From Veleropilina oligotropha (lineage: Eukaryota): a stretch of DNA of 64,000 bases. The DNA lies in NCBI GenBank assembly GCA_048128005.1, contig JBEUKZ010000020.1:1-64000 (forward strand), given 5' to 3'. The notes beneath the pieces were generated by a model. The model did not search any database and had not been told where the DNA came from. It was given only the letters and a program-made list of their open reading frames with translations. This document shows, piece after piece, positions 14,501-27,260 of this stretch (position 1 is its first letter; each line of letters opens with the position of its first letter). The translations under genes were made by a program, and so were the position numbers.

Positions 14501-17500
14501 TGCGTTTTAGTGGAACATTTGCATTCATTATCGCTTCTATGTTTCTACGGAATACTTCCCAAGAGTCCCTAGCATCTAGATTATCAAGATCCTGCCAGTT
14601 TATGTCTCGAAGATCTGACGTTATTTGGTCGATATTCGCTTTCCGAAAATCCGGTATTTCTTGCTTGCTTGTTTTAATAATTGTTTTAATATGAAGCTCA
14701 AATTCTATTAAATCATGGTCGCTGCTCCCTAATTTCCCAATTCCATGTATATTTTGCAATGACATCATTTTGACGTCGCTTTATAATATACATCATTAAA
14801 GTGACGCCACAATCGACAGGGTACACTTTTAGCATTTTATAACAGGGAAGATGTGTTCATGGCACACTTTGGCATACGACATTACTTGTCAATTTGTGCT
14901 GTCGCCACGCCTGACACAAACGATATCGAAAAAATGACTTTTTCGCCAGACATAATACATTTAGTTTATATTAAGCAGTGTATACAAAATATTTGGTGCT
15001 GTGATTTTAGTAACAACTCCTTACAGTGAAATTTGGTTTACCTGTAGTAAACTGGAATGTAATTACGTATTAATTATTTTTGTTACCAGTACAACACACT
15101 ATAGACCATCGGGTTATGTCGATATAGAAATAATTATACTAGTCCGAATCCATAATTTGAGAATTTTCACTAGTCATGGGCGTCGGGTCGGTGGGGTTGC
15201 CCACTCATGCACACTAATACATTCACCACCAATGGAGTAACAGTGACCTTAAATGACCCATATCATGATTTCAATCGCTTGGGTATTTTCAAATTTATAT
15301 GTATACTTAGATTGTGTTTCTGTGTAGTTTTGTTGCTAAAATATGAAATTTTTACATATATTTATTATTTCAACAAAGCATTGTCTTGGAAACAATTCAT
15401 TCCAGTTATGGCGTTTCCATGACACCGCACCTGCCACCAGTTTAATGGCAAACTGAGGGCTCCAGTTTTCAGAAAAACAATGGTTAAAAAAGCCTTATGG
15501 GGAGAGTTTTGGCTATTTTGGTACATGTACTAGTATATAGCAACAATTTAAAGCATCCACCTATAGTCAGCTGGTGACGGTAAACTAGGTTTGGCGATTT
15601 TATCATGATAATCATTGATTCCACACAAATGCTTGATATTGTGCCTTTTTCAATTCGCTCCCATCGTGAGTGGTAGTTTTTAAATCCAGTATGGCCGACA
15701 CAAAAGAAAAATAACTCCACATGACCATATATTGAAATATCAACCATTCTGCCATATGGCACATATGCCCCCAGACTATGAGTCGCCATTAACGAGAATG
15801 GGGCAATTACCTTGCATAATCTTCGGATTGGGCAAATTTGCAATTTACGCATGATATATATACATCAAGAACTTAACCAAGCACCCTTTACTATATATTA
15901 TCATATAAAAGGACACATTTTTAAAATGGTCAATATTTATGGCTTTTGTTTAATAAATAATCCATTTTCTTACCCTGTCGTGATGTGGGTACTTTGAACT
16001 TACAAATTAATGTAAGAGTTGTCTAATGGCGTGGTTATTAAAAGCTTCAGGGGCAAAGTTATTCGAGCATACTGAAATAAACACACTTTACTTCTTTATA
16101 TCATTTAATGCAAACATCGCTCCATGTTTATGAATACAACATAATGATAAATTGGCTTGCAAGCAGATATCACCAATATATGTAAGATAATTGAAAATGA
16201 AGTCGAAGTTGTGCACAGCGCATAGTTAATGAAATTATAATTGAAGTCCGATCTTATGATAATAAAGAAGAGGGAGTGCTTTTAAAACTAGGTTCTTTTG
16301 TGTATATATGTTCAACATTTATGTGGTAATTATTGAATTCTCATCTTTTGCAGTCAATGTCAAGCTGAACATTATAATGCACAAGCTTGTCCTTGAAGAA
16401 GATGGTACCGAAATAGATGATGATGACATTCTCCAGGAATTGTCATCTAAAACATTCATTGCCCTTGGAGAGGGAGAGAAATGGACCACTTCTACGCCGC
16501 CAATTCTCGGTACAGAACTAGCAGTATCCACTGATACTAGTGAGAGTCTAGATGATGCGGGTGTTTTGGACAAACCACTACCCATTCAAGGACCTAACAA
16601 TCAGTATTCTGGTAGGTGTATGTAAAATGTCGCAAAACAAATAATTTCCTATATTTGTGTGCCCGTGTTAGCTTCGTTTTTCCTCAGTGTGCCGATCATC
16701 TGTGAAAACCTGATTCCCTTTGACACTTTGAATCATCAGTAAAGTTAGGTTGGTATTGATGACCTTCTGTCCACATGAAGACTTTTGAAAGACTTGTAGT
16801 TTTTAATAAACAGTTCTAGTGAAATTTAATTATTTGTTATATGCAATAACAATTCAGGGCCAGCGGCGCGTACATATTTTTCTTCGCCAAAATTTTAGCT
16901 ACCTGCAAATTTCTTTAGCCACCAATTTATTCATGATATTACATGGCACAGAGATTCCTTGGGCCCTTCAATCTTTATCATAAGTAGCCTGTCCATATTT
17001 TCTATTGTAAGAGAGCTTCTGTATTTAGTTTTGACAATGTTTAGCCGACTAAAGCCCCTTTGCACATTTCCATCGAGAATACCCTGAAGCAAAATGATGG
17101 GAATCTAATTGGTACAAATATCCTGATTTTGTGATGCAATGTTTTCATAACAATAGAATTGTATTTATGCAGTGATGTTAATTTAATAATTGATGTAATA
17201 AAGTTATTTTTACGACAAATGATACAAGATGCACAATTTTTTGAAAATCTATACCTTAGCTTGTGTGGTATATTTACAAAATTACTAAAAAATGACAACG
17301 AATCAGCACGGCTCTAGGTTTCCATTGGAATAATGCTTTTGGGTTCAATGTAAAAGTGTAGATTAGTTTCAAACGGTCAAGAGTTATCTCACATGGTCGG
17401 GAAAATTTCGGCGAAAGAAAAAGCCATTTGCTCAAATAAAATGTTGTAAATGCAGTACTAGAATAAGTAATTTAATGATTATTAAGAGGTAATTATGAAT

Positions 17501-20500
17501 GATGTTCGTTGTCATGACTGATATGCTACGCATGGTTTGACATTGACCAACTTTCGCCAAAGACATTAATTTAGTCAAGTTTCTCGCCAGATTTTAGTTT
17601 CATTAGTCTTTGGCAAATACGTGGCGCTGGTCCTGCAATTAGACTTTCAGGTAATTGTCAGAGAGCATATTATCAGAAAGAAAAATTAGTTTAATGAAGA
17701 ATATTTTATTTACAGATAATTCATCTCGGATTTTTCCAAATGGATTGCCTGCACCAAACAAGTTACAACTACCAGATTTGTCTCCATCATTACAGCTAGC
17801 CCTTCAGACAGGACAGAGGACATCTTCGCTCTTCAACCAAACATTGAAAGAGTGCGAAATATTTTATGTCGCAAAATTCCCGGACATGACAGATTCGGCA
17901 CATTACCAGTCTATTGGTAAACAGATGGTAGCCAAGTTCCCGTGCTTGGCATTTGCAGATGGCAAGAATCCTTGGGCAAGTGCATTTTTAACCCTTTAAC
18001 TGTTGAAACTCTGTTCTGTCAAGCCTGCTTGAATCCAAAAGCCCTCGTGATATTAATTAAGCTTTTGGATAGCACAGGCTCGGTCCCAGGATTGGTGGCA
18101 AATTGCTTTTGGATCGAGTATACTCGGTCCTCATAAAAAAGGATTATCTACCAGAAAAACAGAGATATAAATGAAACATAAAACACAGGTCAATCACGTC
18201 ACATGATGTGTGGCAACTTGTAAAAGTGAAATGTTAGGCATCTTCATGGATACTTTTCAAAATTTGTACTGTGCATCCTAGGTAGGCTGTATGCAGAGGT
18301 GACCTCACTCACTTTTTCGTTTGAAAGGTGAACTGCAAATCAGTCTTGCTCATCTTTAAGGATCGAAGGCAGGGGTTGGGGGATTTATCGTTTGGTAAGA
18401 AAATGATTTTAATAAGAAATGAAGATAAAGCCCTGAAATAGATTATATAGTTTTCTTTTAAAATATAAGAAATTGTTATTCTTTCAGAGCTTCTTTGTTG
18501 CCAAACTCAGCCAGAGGATAAGGACGAACCGTTTCATGTCGAGTGCCAAGTCAAAGAGACCGGCTGGGGATACAGATGGTGTTGCTGCTAGCTTGACACC
18601 GAAAAAGAGGTTCAGGATGGGAGCTAAAACCAGCAATGTTGCTGATGGTGGACTGTGCCCTGAAGACTTTGAGTGCCACCTAGTGGAACTGAGGAAAGAG
18701 TGGGAAGGAAAGCAGTCTGTAGCACACATTCGGATGTTGTTAAAACAAACACACCAACAGAGGCGTAACTGGCAAAGCAACCTGAAGCCTGGAAAGTTTG
18801 GCCTGATTCTTCAAAAGTTCCCCTGCTTTGAAGAAGGAAGTTTTGTAAGTACATATTCAGGACGAATTATTATCCCCTGCCAAGAATAATCCGTCCCTGT
18901 CCACATCCTGCTCGTCGAGCAAAAACAATTTCAGATATATCAAAGTAAATGTTTAACCACTTGATGCCCCTGTGAGATTGAAAATGGACCCCCATAGAAT
19001 ATGGACCCCGGTGTCCATATTCCGCTATGGAATATGGACCCCCTCTATTGAAAATGGACCCCCTATATGATATATGGTTATAATCTATATGTTGGTTACT
19101 ACCTATAATAAACTTAAATTAAGCAATAATGTGGGCCGCTCTGATAGTCGTGTGGTCTCGAGTGCTGTCTATGGAACCGTTGGTTTGACTGCTCTGGCAA
19201 ACAGGAGTGTGCTTGAATCTTGGTTGGTGCAATTATTAATAGTCAATCAGCTTTGAATGATGAAATGAATTGTTGATGTGTACAATGAAGGAAACGATCT
19301 TGGGAAATATGGGGAATTCTATGCCATTGAAAATGGATGGATGTACCTAAAACATTAAAATATGTAATTGTTGCATGGAGGGTTCAAATTCTATGCTGTT
19401 ATTAAAAATGGACCGTCACCCATATACCTAAACACATTAAAAAGTGTATTGTGACATAGGGGGGTCCAAATTCTGTGCCATTGAAAATGGATCCATGTCC
19501 CTAAACACATTAAAAAGTGTAATTGTTGCATAGGGGGTCCAAATTATATGCCATTGAAAATGGACCCATGTACCTCAACACATTACAAATTGTAAGTGTT
19601 GCATAGGGTCCAAATACTAGATGCTAATTAAAATGAACCATGCACCTAAATACAATTAAAAAGTGTAATTGTTACAGGGGTGGGACATGATGTTGTTTCT
19701 ATCAATCAGAATTTATACTGGTATGATTTTGACCATGACTTATATTTTTGCAGATTGCAACATTATATCCGATTATGATACCTGATTCAAAGTTAAAAAT
19801 ATCTATATTACATATTTCAGTAGGGGGTCCATTTTCCATAGGGGGAGTCCATATTCCATAGCGGAATATGGACCCAGGGGTCCACATTCCGCTATTGAAT
19901 ATGGACCCCGGGTACAGATTATGGGGGGTCCAAATTCCATATCACACCGGTCTCAGATAGAATTTTGACCTGCGTAGAAATGTGACCCGTGGGTCATTTT
20001 GCTGCTGTAGAATTATGACCCGCCCCATGGAAAAACGACCTGCTCCTAGAATATTGTACCCACGTAGAAAAGTGACACAGATCTTTTTCTGCGGCGAAAC
20101 GCCCTTTGTAGATATTCTTTATCCTTAGAATCCTAAATTTCGCAAACACAGCATTAGGATACTGGCATATATACCCTAAAAGCCATTTACAAGCGGTGAC
20201 AAGCGACACAGCAACCAATTAGCGACCGTGTTACATCTGGCCTTGTGTTACATCTTAAGTTGTGTTCCATTGGTCTGTGGTCTTCCCAGGAAATTCAAGG
20301 TGGAGATGAACGCGTATTCAGGAATCTTGGGTTAAAAGAATTGGGACCCTCGTCATAAGAATTGTGACCCGTGGATCATAATTCTACTGTAGAAACATGA
20401 CCCGCTGGTCTAAATTCTACTATTGAAAAACTACCCACCTTAGTGGTCAAAATTCTACTAACTTGATATAATGACCCGCCTAAATTTCTGGTCTATGATG

Positions 20501-23500
20501 AATCAATGTGTTTTGACAACCTGAACCGGTTTATTCCTGGATTGAAAATGTTCTTGTACATTTCATTACGCAAGGTGTTACAAAGTTGAATATAATACTG
20601 ATGTGGCTATGAACAATAGTGCTAGTTCTCACTTCACACAATCCTGTTCATCTTTTGGATAACTCAAATTTAGATTTAACTGAACTTATGCTGTTAATTT
20701 TGTTTTAGATTCTGCATGAGTTCTTCTTGATGAAGAACAGCGACCCTGATCAAGCAAGGGACCAGTTTGCCCCCAGAATGGAATACGTCATGCGTCATGT
20801 TGCTTCCACCAAAAGGACAGAATGGGAGGTATGTAAACTAATAATGGTTCAGATTTCCCGAACGACCCCACAAAAAGGCTGCTGAACTTTTAGTGGGCGA
20901 TCATACCCAAATTTAATGTTAAGAGTTATTTTCAATTTTCTGCCAGTGTTCTTGCAGTATTAATGAGTAAAATAAAATTCCTACCTACCTACCCTAATTT
21001 TGATTATATTATAGAACCACATAGGGATTGAATTGCAGTTTCGTTGCGTTTATGCTGGTATGAACGCAAGCAGCAATTACATCTTCTATGGTGCGCGCTA
21101 GCGCTCCATATAGAATATGTAATTGCTGCTTGCGTTCATACCAGCATAAACGCAACCAAACTGCAATTCAATCCTTATATTTACATTAGTTTCTAGCCAG
21201 AATCCCGTACAAATAAACATAATATTTAGTTTGCTATGATGTAGTTATTATTGTATACCGTCAGGTAACGTTCAATTAACGGAACAGCCTTTCCATTAGG
21301 CCAAAATATAGTTCCTATATGGATTTCATTCTGGGCTAAAAGTAATGAACAATATCGTTAAATTAAATTCATAAATTTATTTGATATTAAATATATAATG
21401 TAAATTTGACATTAGAGGCAAAACGTTTTATGTATAACAATTAAATTATAACAAGAAACGTAGTACGATATTACTACGCCTAGCCTATTTTCTCTATTGC
21501 GTCCATAGTAGTATGAATGCAATCAAACTGTAAAGAGCTAAATAGCAGACGATGTAAATATATTATTATATTCAGAACCACATCTTTTTTATTTGCCATA
21601 AGCATGACACCAAGTGGAGGTTAGGGTCTCGTGGGTTAAGCGTCGACTGGTGAGGACGTCTCAGGACTGCCGAGCTGCAATGATGTGTGAAATTCGCCGA
21701 TAGCATTGAGCTTACCATAAGCTGTGATTTGTCCGAACCAGACCTGATCTCGTGGGTGCCGCTGGATTGATCCAGACTTCCCATATTATTCACACCACTG
21801 TAATATGACTGAAATACTGTTGAAAATGGAGTAAAACACTCGCTCACTCATGACACTAACAAATACTTCATGTCGAGGTACAATATTACCACAAGGCTCA
21901 GTCCAAACTGCGCATCATCTTGTTCATTATATGTTCAGGGCACTGAAGCCATGAAAAGCGTCGACCTTCTGATGATGCTGGAAAAGGCTGTGCCCAAAAA
22001 CAAGGGGAAGGGAGTGAAGTCAAAAAGCTGCATCAAAGTTGTAATGGTAAGATTCTATTTTGCCTATTCTTAAAATTAAAGTAATGTCAGTTGGCCACAC
22101 ACACATCAGAGACTACCAGCATTTTTATGGCATTACCATATTTGTCCGCGTGTAAGTTGATATTTTTTTCTAAGTCACGAAGTTAGGGGGTCGACTTATA
22201 TGTGCGACGTATAATATTTTCCAGTTGAATGTTAGAAATCTACCAAAATTTACTGTTGCCGCAAATTTGTTTAATTCGTTCGACTACTTCAGCACTTGGG
22301 GGAATTTGAATAAAAAATTGACATTACCATGTTATGTACATTAGAACACTCCATATTTAATAACTTTTTTATTTTATCTTACCATAATGTCTTTGCAAAA
22401 CAAATTTATTATCCATAAACAAATGATTTCAGATAAGAATCGATTGATCAAGCTCATTGTTCAGTTGTGTTTTCCTAGCAGTAAAAGTTGGAAACACAAT
22501 TGCATTCTAATGGCCGCTACGGCATATCTCGAGGGAAGTTGCTTGTGTTATTTTAACCAATTTGAATTATGCGTACTTCTAATTAACAATCGTATGCCAA
22601 AATACAAGCAAATGAATTAATTGTGATATCGGACGATCAAATAAAACTTTATAGAAATCAATTTCTATGGTTAACTGAAATACTGGATAATCCCAAAAGA
22701 ATTCTGGATGTCAGGGGGATGGACACAATGGGTTGTTGTTAGTATATTTATAAAAGTAGCACTGCGTAGATCTAGACGCGAATCTGATAAACCCTCTGCT
22801 AACCGTCAAAGTTAATTTTGGCTCTGACATTGAACGTATGCTGAATGTTCTCCAATGATAAATGTTTATTTGTGGATATGCTACCTGCTGCACGAACGCG
22901 ATTAAATCTTTATTGTTAAAGTCGTCAGGATTATTTTCCTATGCTAATCACCTCACACAAAAGAAATAAATTAGCGAAGGGATGTTTCTACATTGAATAA
23001 TGTTACATATTGGGTACTTTGTCCAAATAATTTAGATGGATTTACAATGTATAACACTAACGTTGTATGCATAATCTTTCCATGTGCAACGCAGCTAAAA
23101 TTAATGTTGAATTTAAATTGCCACTATACAGTCAACAACATCTGAAAAATATATTACCACAATTATTTTATAACAATAATATATTGTCACCATGAATTAT
23201 CTTGAAAATAAGTTGGCAAAGTTTTCTCATCCGTGTTGAAATCTGAAAGTCGGGACCAGACTTATACGTACGACATACAAATAATTCAAAAGACAAAAGT
23301 TGGGGAGTTTACTTATAGTCGAAGTCGACTTATGCGCGAACAAATACGGTACATCGATGCTTTAAAATATTATATCAATATGTAATTTGAGCTATTTTCC
23401 CATATAAACTTGCACATTTGTTGTTCCAAAACTAAACATGTAATGTGAGCTATTTTGCAGTATAAACTTGCACATTTGTTGTTGCAAAATTAACCTCTAC

Positions 23501-24441
23501 AGTTTTATACAGTCAATGTTTTTAGCTTCGCTGTGACGTAATCAGCGGAGCTATACTGACACACATTTGTGTTTTACTTCAAAGGTGAATATCTCCAAAA
23601 CTGTCTGATTTTTTCTAATTTGGCATGAGCCTTCTTTACGTTGTTCTGAACATATCCTGAATTAATTAAAAAATTCTGCGTTACGTTTTTTATGAAATTG
23701 TGAGTTAGAAAATCTGCTTCTTTGGCAACTTTTGACTTCAACTGAGAATTACTCCAAAACTGTCTGGTAAATATTATTCTACTCTGAAATAGCCTTCCTT
23801 ATGATGTTCTTAACCTATCCTGCGATTATTTCATAAATGTTCATCCTTGTTTCACTGAATTTCCGAATTTGGACATTGCATATTGGTAATGGTATGCAAT
23901 ACATGTGGAAATGCTGCCAAAATTTCTAACATTGTATCTAGTTGGATTGATGCGTCCCTTTCAGCGGAGTTATATTCGTCGAAAGACCTCTTGTTCTCAT
24001 TTTTTTTCATTTATGACATGCGTTATATTGTAGCACCTTTCAGAAGAAAAGTGCACAAATCAAGAAATGATAAGTTAATAGTACTAAATATTGTATTTTC
24101 AGGACACCAAAAGTGTGGAGACATTACCAAAGCGACACCTAGAGTCCGTTGAAGAAGATGCTCCGAAACTCGTTGTGTTTCTTGACGCAGACAAGAACGT
24201 TTTGTGCCAATATATTATTGGGGACAATGTGTCTATATTTGCACAAACACAGTCTGTGTTGGATGCAGTTTTACTGTTGCTGGCCTGTTACTATGTCTTT
24301 GACCTTGAATATCCGACTGCCTATTGCCAGATGCTTGGTTTTCTTCAGAACTGGGTTATTGGAGACCAGTTTACAGGGCCCAAGACATCCAACTGGATAA
24401 CATTTTCAGATGAACTTGCGCGTTCAAAATGTATGGAGTAA
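11533..24441 (+). CDS. Seven-exon EnSpm accessory gene (~510 aa) with N-terminal CIDE-N-like domain
   Basis: Exons 11533-11623, 16354-16611, 17716-17975, 18488-18844, 20709-20828, 21939-22046 and 24103-24441 join in phase to 1533 nt with no stop. N-terminus MPLLKVWDVQRVHKKYIV...LVLEEDGTEIDDDDILQEL..FIALGEGEKW; C-terminus LLLACYYVFDLEYP..LGFLQ resembles animal EnSpm second ORFs. Confidence 0.8.
12485..14768 (-). mobile_element. 5'-truncated CR1/L2-group LINE in intron 1 of the accessory gene
   Basis: RT ORF plus a 3' UTR/tail (plus strand taaatagaatttgtttgggtttagaaag) shared with the fragment at 34721-35610. Confidence 0.85.
12570..14768 (-). CDS. Non-LTR reverse transcriptase (end of APE domain plus RT), 5'-truncated ORF2
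   Basis: SDH endonuclease end; [55 protein letters not shown] motifs; open for 732 codons. Confidence 0.92.
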   Translation of the reverse strand: MMSLQNIHGIGKLGSSDHDLIEFELHIKTIIKTSKQEIPDFRKANIDQITSDLRDINWQDLDNLDARDSWEVFRRNIEAIMNANVPLKRRRKNNSPPWLTRKVKKSVRRKYKRWRRYRESKETKDHENYKECEKLCKKEIRAAKKMFEENLAKNVKENPKSFYAYVRSKQKTKDVVGPLKDEKGNIMTDDAEISESLNNYFASVYTLEDTANMPPIKDIFKDIGNFCESVEITPALIEKKIDLLKINKAPGPDSIYSKFLKVGKHELLKPIANIFSKSLSEGRLPDDWKIGNITPIFKKGSRSSAQNYRPVSLTSIVGKMMESILKDVILDHLNKYSLLNTSQHGFMEKRSCLTNLLEFLEDVTNAIDHGKPVDIIYLDFQKAFDKVPHKRLIQKLSNHGIKGPILTWIEMWLQNRKQRVVVNGVKSKWESVLSGVPQGSVLGPLLFLIYLNDIDGAITSLVKKFADDTKLYRIIETEQDARKLQTDLNNLVKWSDDWQMLFNTTMCKVMHVGHKNKKYCYKMGGDDLEVVTKEKDLGVWIDNSLKPSNQCIEAAKKGNQILGMIKRNFTFKSKGIITRLYKQLVRPHLEYAVQAWNPYLSKDIQLLEQVQRRATKLVGEIRELTYEDRLKSLDLTTLTLRRIRGDMIQVFKMFTGKDNLDISYFFQLNHNKTRGNKFKIYKKRVRLDVRKYFFSNRVVDEWNALPVKVVESTSVNQFKNRLDEHFKRQGRL
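16855..17635. mobile_element. MITE with CAG...CTG termini
   Basis: cagggccagcggcgcgta / tacgtggcgctggtcctg; caatt duplicated on both flanks. Confidence 0.5.
18968..19950. mobile_element. Foldback-type TIR element with internal tandem subrepeats
   Basis: Repeated aatatggacccc/ggggtccatatt motifs inverted at both ends; internal ~60-bp subrepeats; a related element follows to ~20480. Confidence 0.55.
21021..21178. repeat. Near-perfect 158-bp palindrome (hairpin MITE)
   Basis: atagggattgaattgcagtttcgttgcgtttatgctggtatgaacgcaagcagcaattacat is mirrored by atgtaattgctgcttgcgttcataccagcataaacgcaaccaaactgcaattcaatccttat. Confidence 0.85.
21611..21848 (+). mobile_element. SINE or short retroposon 3' fragment
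   Basis: 3' end ctgaaatactgttgaaaatggagtaaaaca resembles the SINE at 7869-8091; (ctca)n-like tail; catgacac duplicated on the flanks. Confidence 0.5.
22136..23349. mobile_element. Tc1/mariner-pogo-type MITE
   Basis: TIRs ccatatttgtccgcgtgtaagttga / tcgacttatgcgcgaacaaatacgg with TA on both sides. Confidence 0.65.
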
Positions 24442-26466
24442 TATTGGGAATTTGTGTTTTTCCCATAGCATCGATTTTCTTGGACAAGGCATTCTTTGTG
24501 TAAAAGTTTTAAAACCTTTTTATTCTTCTTCCAAACAATGAGGAGGGGTGGAGGATATGAATGACTTTGTTTTCTTGTTGTTCACCATTTGGGAGTGTCA
24601 AATGAAATTGCAATTGTTGACTGTGCTTAGTTATGATCATTGAGATTGACTTTGAATATTGTTATTCTGTAGTGTTAATGATTTTGCCAAATGGGTTTCC
24701 TTGGCTTTTTTATGAAATGTGAGTCTGCATCATAGTCCAGTGTGTACTGGTACTATTTTCCTTTTGGAAACTTTTATAATTAAGTTCTTAGATATTTCGA
24801 TGAAATAGCATTGTATTCTCGATTTTCTTTTCCTAATAGCAGAAAGGTTTTATAATAGTATTATCACTGGGGGGAAGCGTGTCTGTGAGGATTTGGTATG
24901 TTGCAAAAGTGTATGGTATGCTGAGACATTTTTTTGACAATGCAATGCTGTAGAGAGGGGTTTGCATTGTATCTTTATTATGAAGCGGAACTCTTCCAAA
25001 TGTTGTCTCAAGACAACTTCTGATAATATGAAATGTGCCAAATGAAATATTGTTGTTGTTTTGCCAGCTGATGCTGTTATAATGAAATAAAAAAATTTAT
25101 TCGATCTGAAGAAATATTATGGTTTTCATTGAACCAATTTGTTTGCCAGGCTGGTAGTTATATCTAACAGTGTGAGTTCGATAACGACAACAGCTTGACT
25201 ATGGTAGCAGTTCGGCGGCCTTCGGGACAGCTTCAGTGATCTCCGATTAAACACGTAAATTTTGCACTTAGAGGAGTTCATAGATCAGCTGTTCCTGTAA
25301 GTTTTGTCCAGTGTGCCATGTACCAATCTTCATCTTGAAAAAAATGCAGTTTGATAGATTGTACTCAATTAAATAAAAATAAATTTGATTTTATGCCAGG
25401 TAGTAGTGGTGGCGACATGAGTAAGGTCTGAATAAATTACCCGTTTGTGCATCCTTGAAACAATCAAATCATTTGACCCACGATTTTTTATTGACAATTG
25501 ATCTTTCAACTCTAAAAGGGGTGTCATGCATATTAAATGTTAATAACGCGAATACTAGTATTCTGATTTTTCATAACAGTTCACATGCTCCTATTTTATG
25601 TTAATGAACCAGACTAGACTAACCGGAGTAAACCGTACTCTCCGACTATAGTAGATTATTCAATCGTTTCGAGAGAAATTCGTCGTACGTCATCAAATTG
25701 TTGGAGAACGAACATTGATGAGAGGGGACGAAGGGTGAAAGAATTCACGAGCAATACCGATGATAAACAACACAATGCAAAAACTGCGTACCGAAATGAG
25801 CGAAAGCCTAATTATAATATTCATGAACTAGCTATTGTTTATGGTTAGATGATCGAACTCGCACACAGTTACTGTATGTTACAGATTTCATATTTTGTAT
25901 ATATCTTTCAGCAATGTGTTGTTTTAATAACACCACCTTGTGTATTAACATGTTAAAGTGTTATAAAAGTGTTTCCAGGCGTTTAACGCGTTATAGTGTT
26001 AATCTGATAACACTTTAACATGTTTATAAAATTAACACTGATGTTGATCGTGTTTAACACCAGTGTTATTCTTTTAACACTTTAACATGTTAATTAAGTG
26101 TTTCCAGGGAAGTGTTAATAATAGCGTTAAACTATTAACACTTGTTTTTACAGTGCAAGGATGGGAGAGACATTGTTTTACACTCCGTTCTCCTCTTTCG
26201 CCTCCTTCTTCCTCACTGTTCTTGTTAGGAAGGGACCCAGGTTCGAGTCCTGGTGAGGGTACGAATTTTTCATTGATATATTAAATTCATATTTACTTTA
26301 TTATCTATGGAGAACGATCAAGATATCGTTGCCAGTGCGTTAACAATATATGATTTGTTAAAACAAAGCCAAGTTAAGCATTCATATAATTATCGAAATA
26401 AATACATACATGCCAGAGCCGATCGATCACACATATCAATGTCTAATCCGTGCTAATTCGTCAGTT

Positions 26467-26541
26467 ATCCTTGTAGCTTAGTGGTCATAGCACTTCCACG
26501 GTTAGGAAGGGACCCAGGTTCGAGTTCTGGCGAGGGTACCA
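26467..26541 (+). tRNA. tRNA-like cloverleaf with encoded CCA (atypical anticodon loop, nominal GGT); probably repeat-derived
   Basis: Acceptor atccttg/cgagggt + A + CCA; D arm gct..agc; anticodon stem cttcc/ggaag with loop acggtta; T arm ccagg-ttcgagt-tctgg; 3' half duplicated at 26224-26262. Confidence 0.5.
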
Positions 26542-26596
26542 CCATTGACCTAGACACAGTGACCTCTGGACTTCTAAACCTCTGGACTTCCTGCTG

Positions 26597-27218
26597 TAGC
26601 TGGAACCGGGGTCCCGGATCGTCCTTGAGTGATCATTGAACGTGAGTTCATACTCAAGACGGTCTCCAAGGGCACTTTGGTAGAACGGCATATGGCTCTC
26701 CAGCAACTCGAAATCCAGTGGGATGCGGAACCTCGGGCCGTAAGCGTCCGAGATGGCCAAGTCCTCAGAAAGTCGGAAGGCGTCGGTCGCACCGATAAGA
26801 TTTTTCGTAGTATTGCGTCCGTCGCTAGTATCAATCCCCTGGTAGTGGGCGCTATTGCGTTCCTGTGGGGTCTTCCAGAGGTCACAGTACCAGTGATACA
26901 CGTCGGAGTCGTCTATAGACAAGATCTCATTGCCACTGATCTTGATCGTGGTCTTTTTGACCACGGCGCGTCCGATGTTCTGAACTACGGTCCTGTTCGG
27001 GTTAGCCGAGGTCAGAGAAATGGTGAATGCGAGGTGGGCAGTCCCTGGTACGATCACGTCATGAATCCCGAGATTGGGAAACCGCACCAACAGCTGCTGG
27101 TTTGCGGCAATCGTGGATGGGTTATTGGTTATGGTGACAACTGGCGGACCCCTTTCACCCCGAGGGGCTCTCGCAGCCTGCGGTATGGATCAAGCGTGCG
27201 TCCGTATAGGCTGGCCAT
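26597..27218 (-). pseudogene. Putative major capsid protein, 5' half (copy 1), frameshifted and truncated
   Basis: Homologous to 51947-53252; start MASLYGRTLDPYRRLREP; 1-bp deletion near 27139; homology ends at ~26597. Confidence 0.75.
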
Positions 27219-27260
27219 GTTGTTGGCTGAATTAGATGCGTACCCTCTGGTTGTATTCAA

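Larger units (their letters stand above)
4704..26155 (+). mobile_element. CACTA/EnSpm (CMC superfamily) DNA transposon, 21.5 kb, with nested insertions
   Basis: Termini CACTGTAAAAA / TTTTTACAGTG; 2-bp TSD CA (4702-4703, 26156-26157); dense subterminal TTAACAC/GTGTTAA repeats at both ends; internal EnSpm-type transposase and second gene; removing the element rejoins a hairpin atgtctcccca-aggatgggagagacat. Confidence 0.9.

Noticed and set aside
26224..26541. Prophage-style attL/attR integration of the virus into a tRNA gene
   Set aside because: The duplicated tRNA halves flank only ~240 bp, not the viral copy, and the element uses a DDE integrase with a 5-bp TSD.
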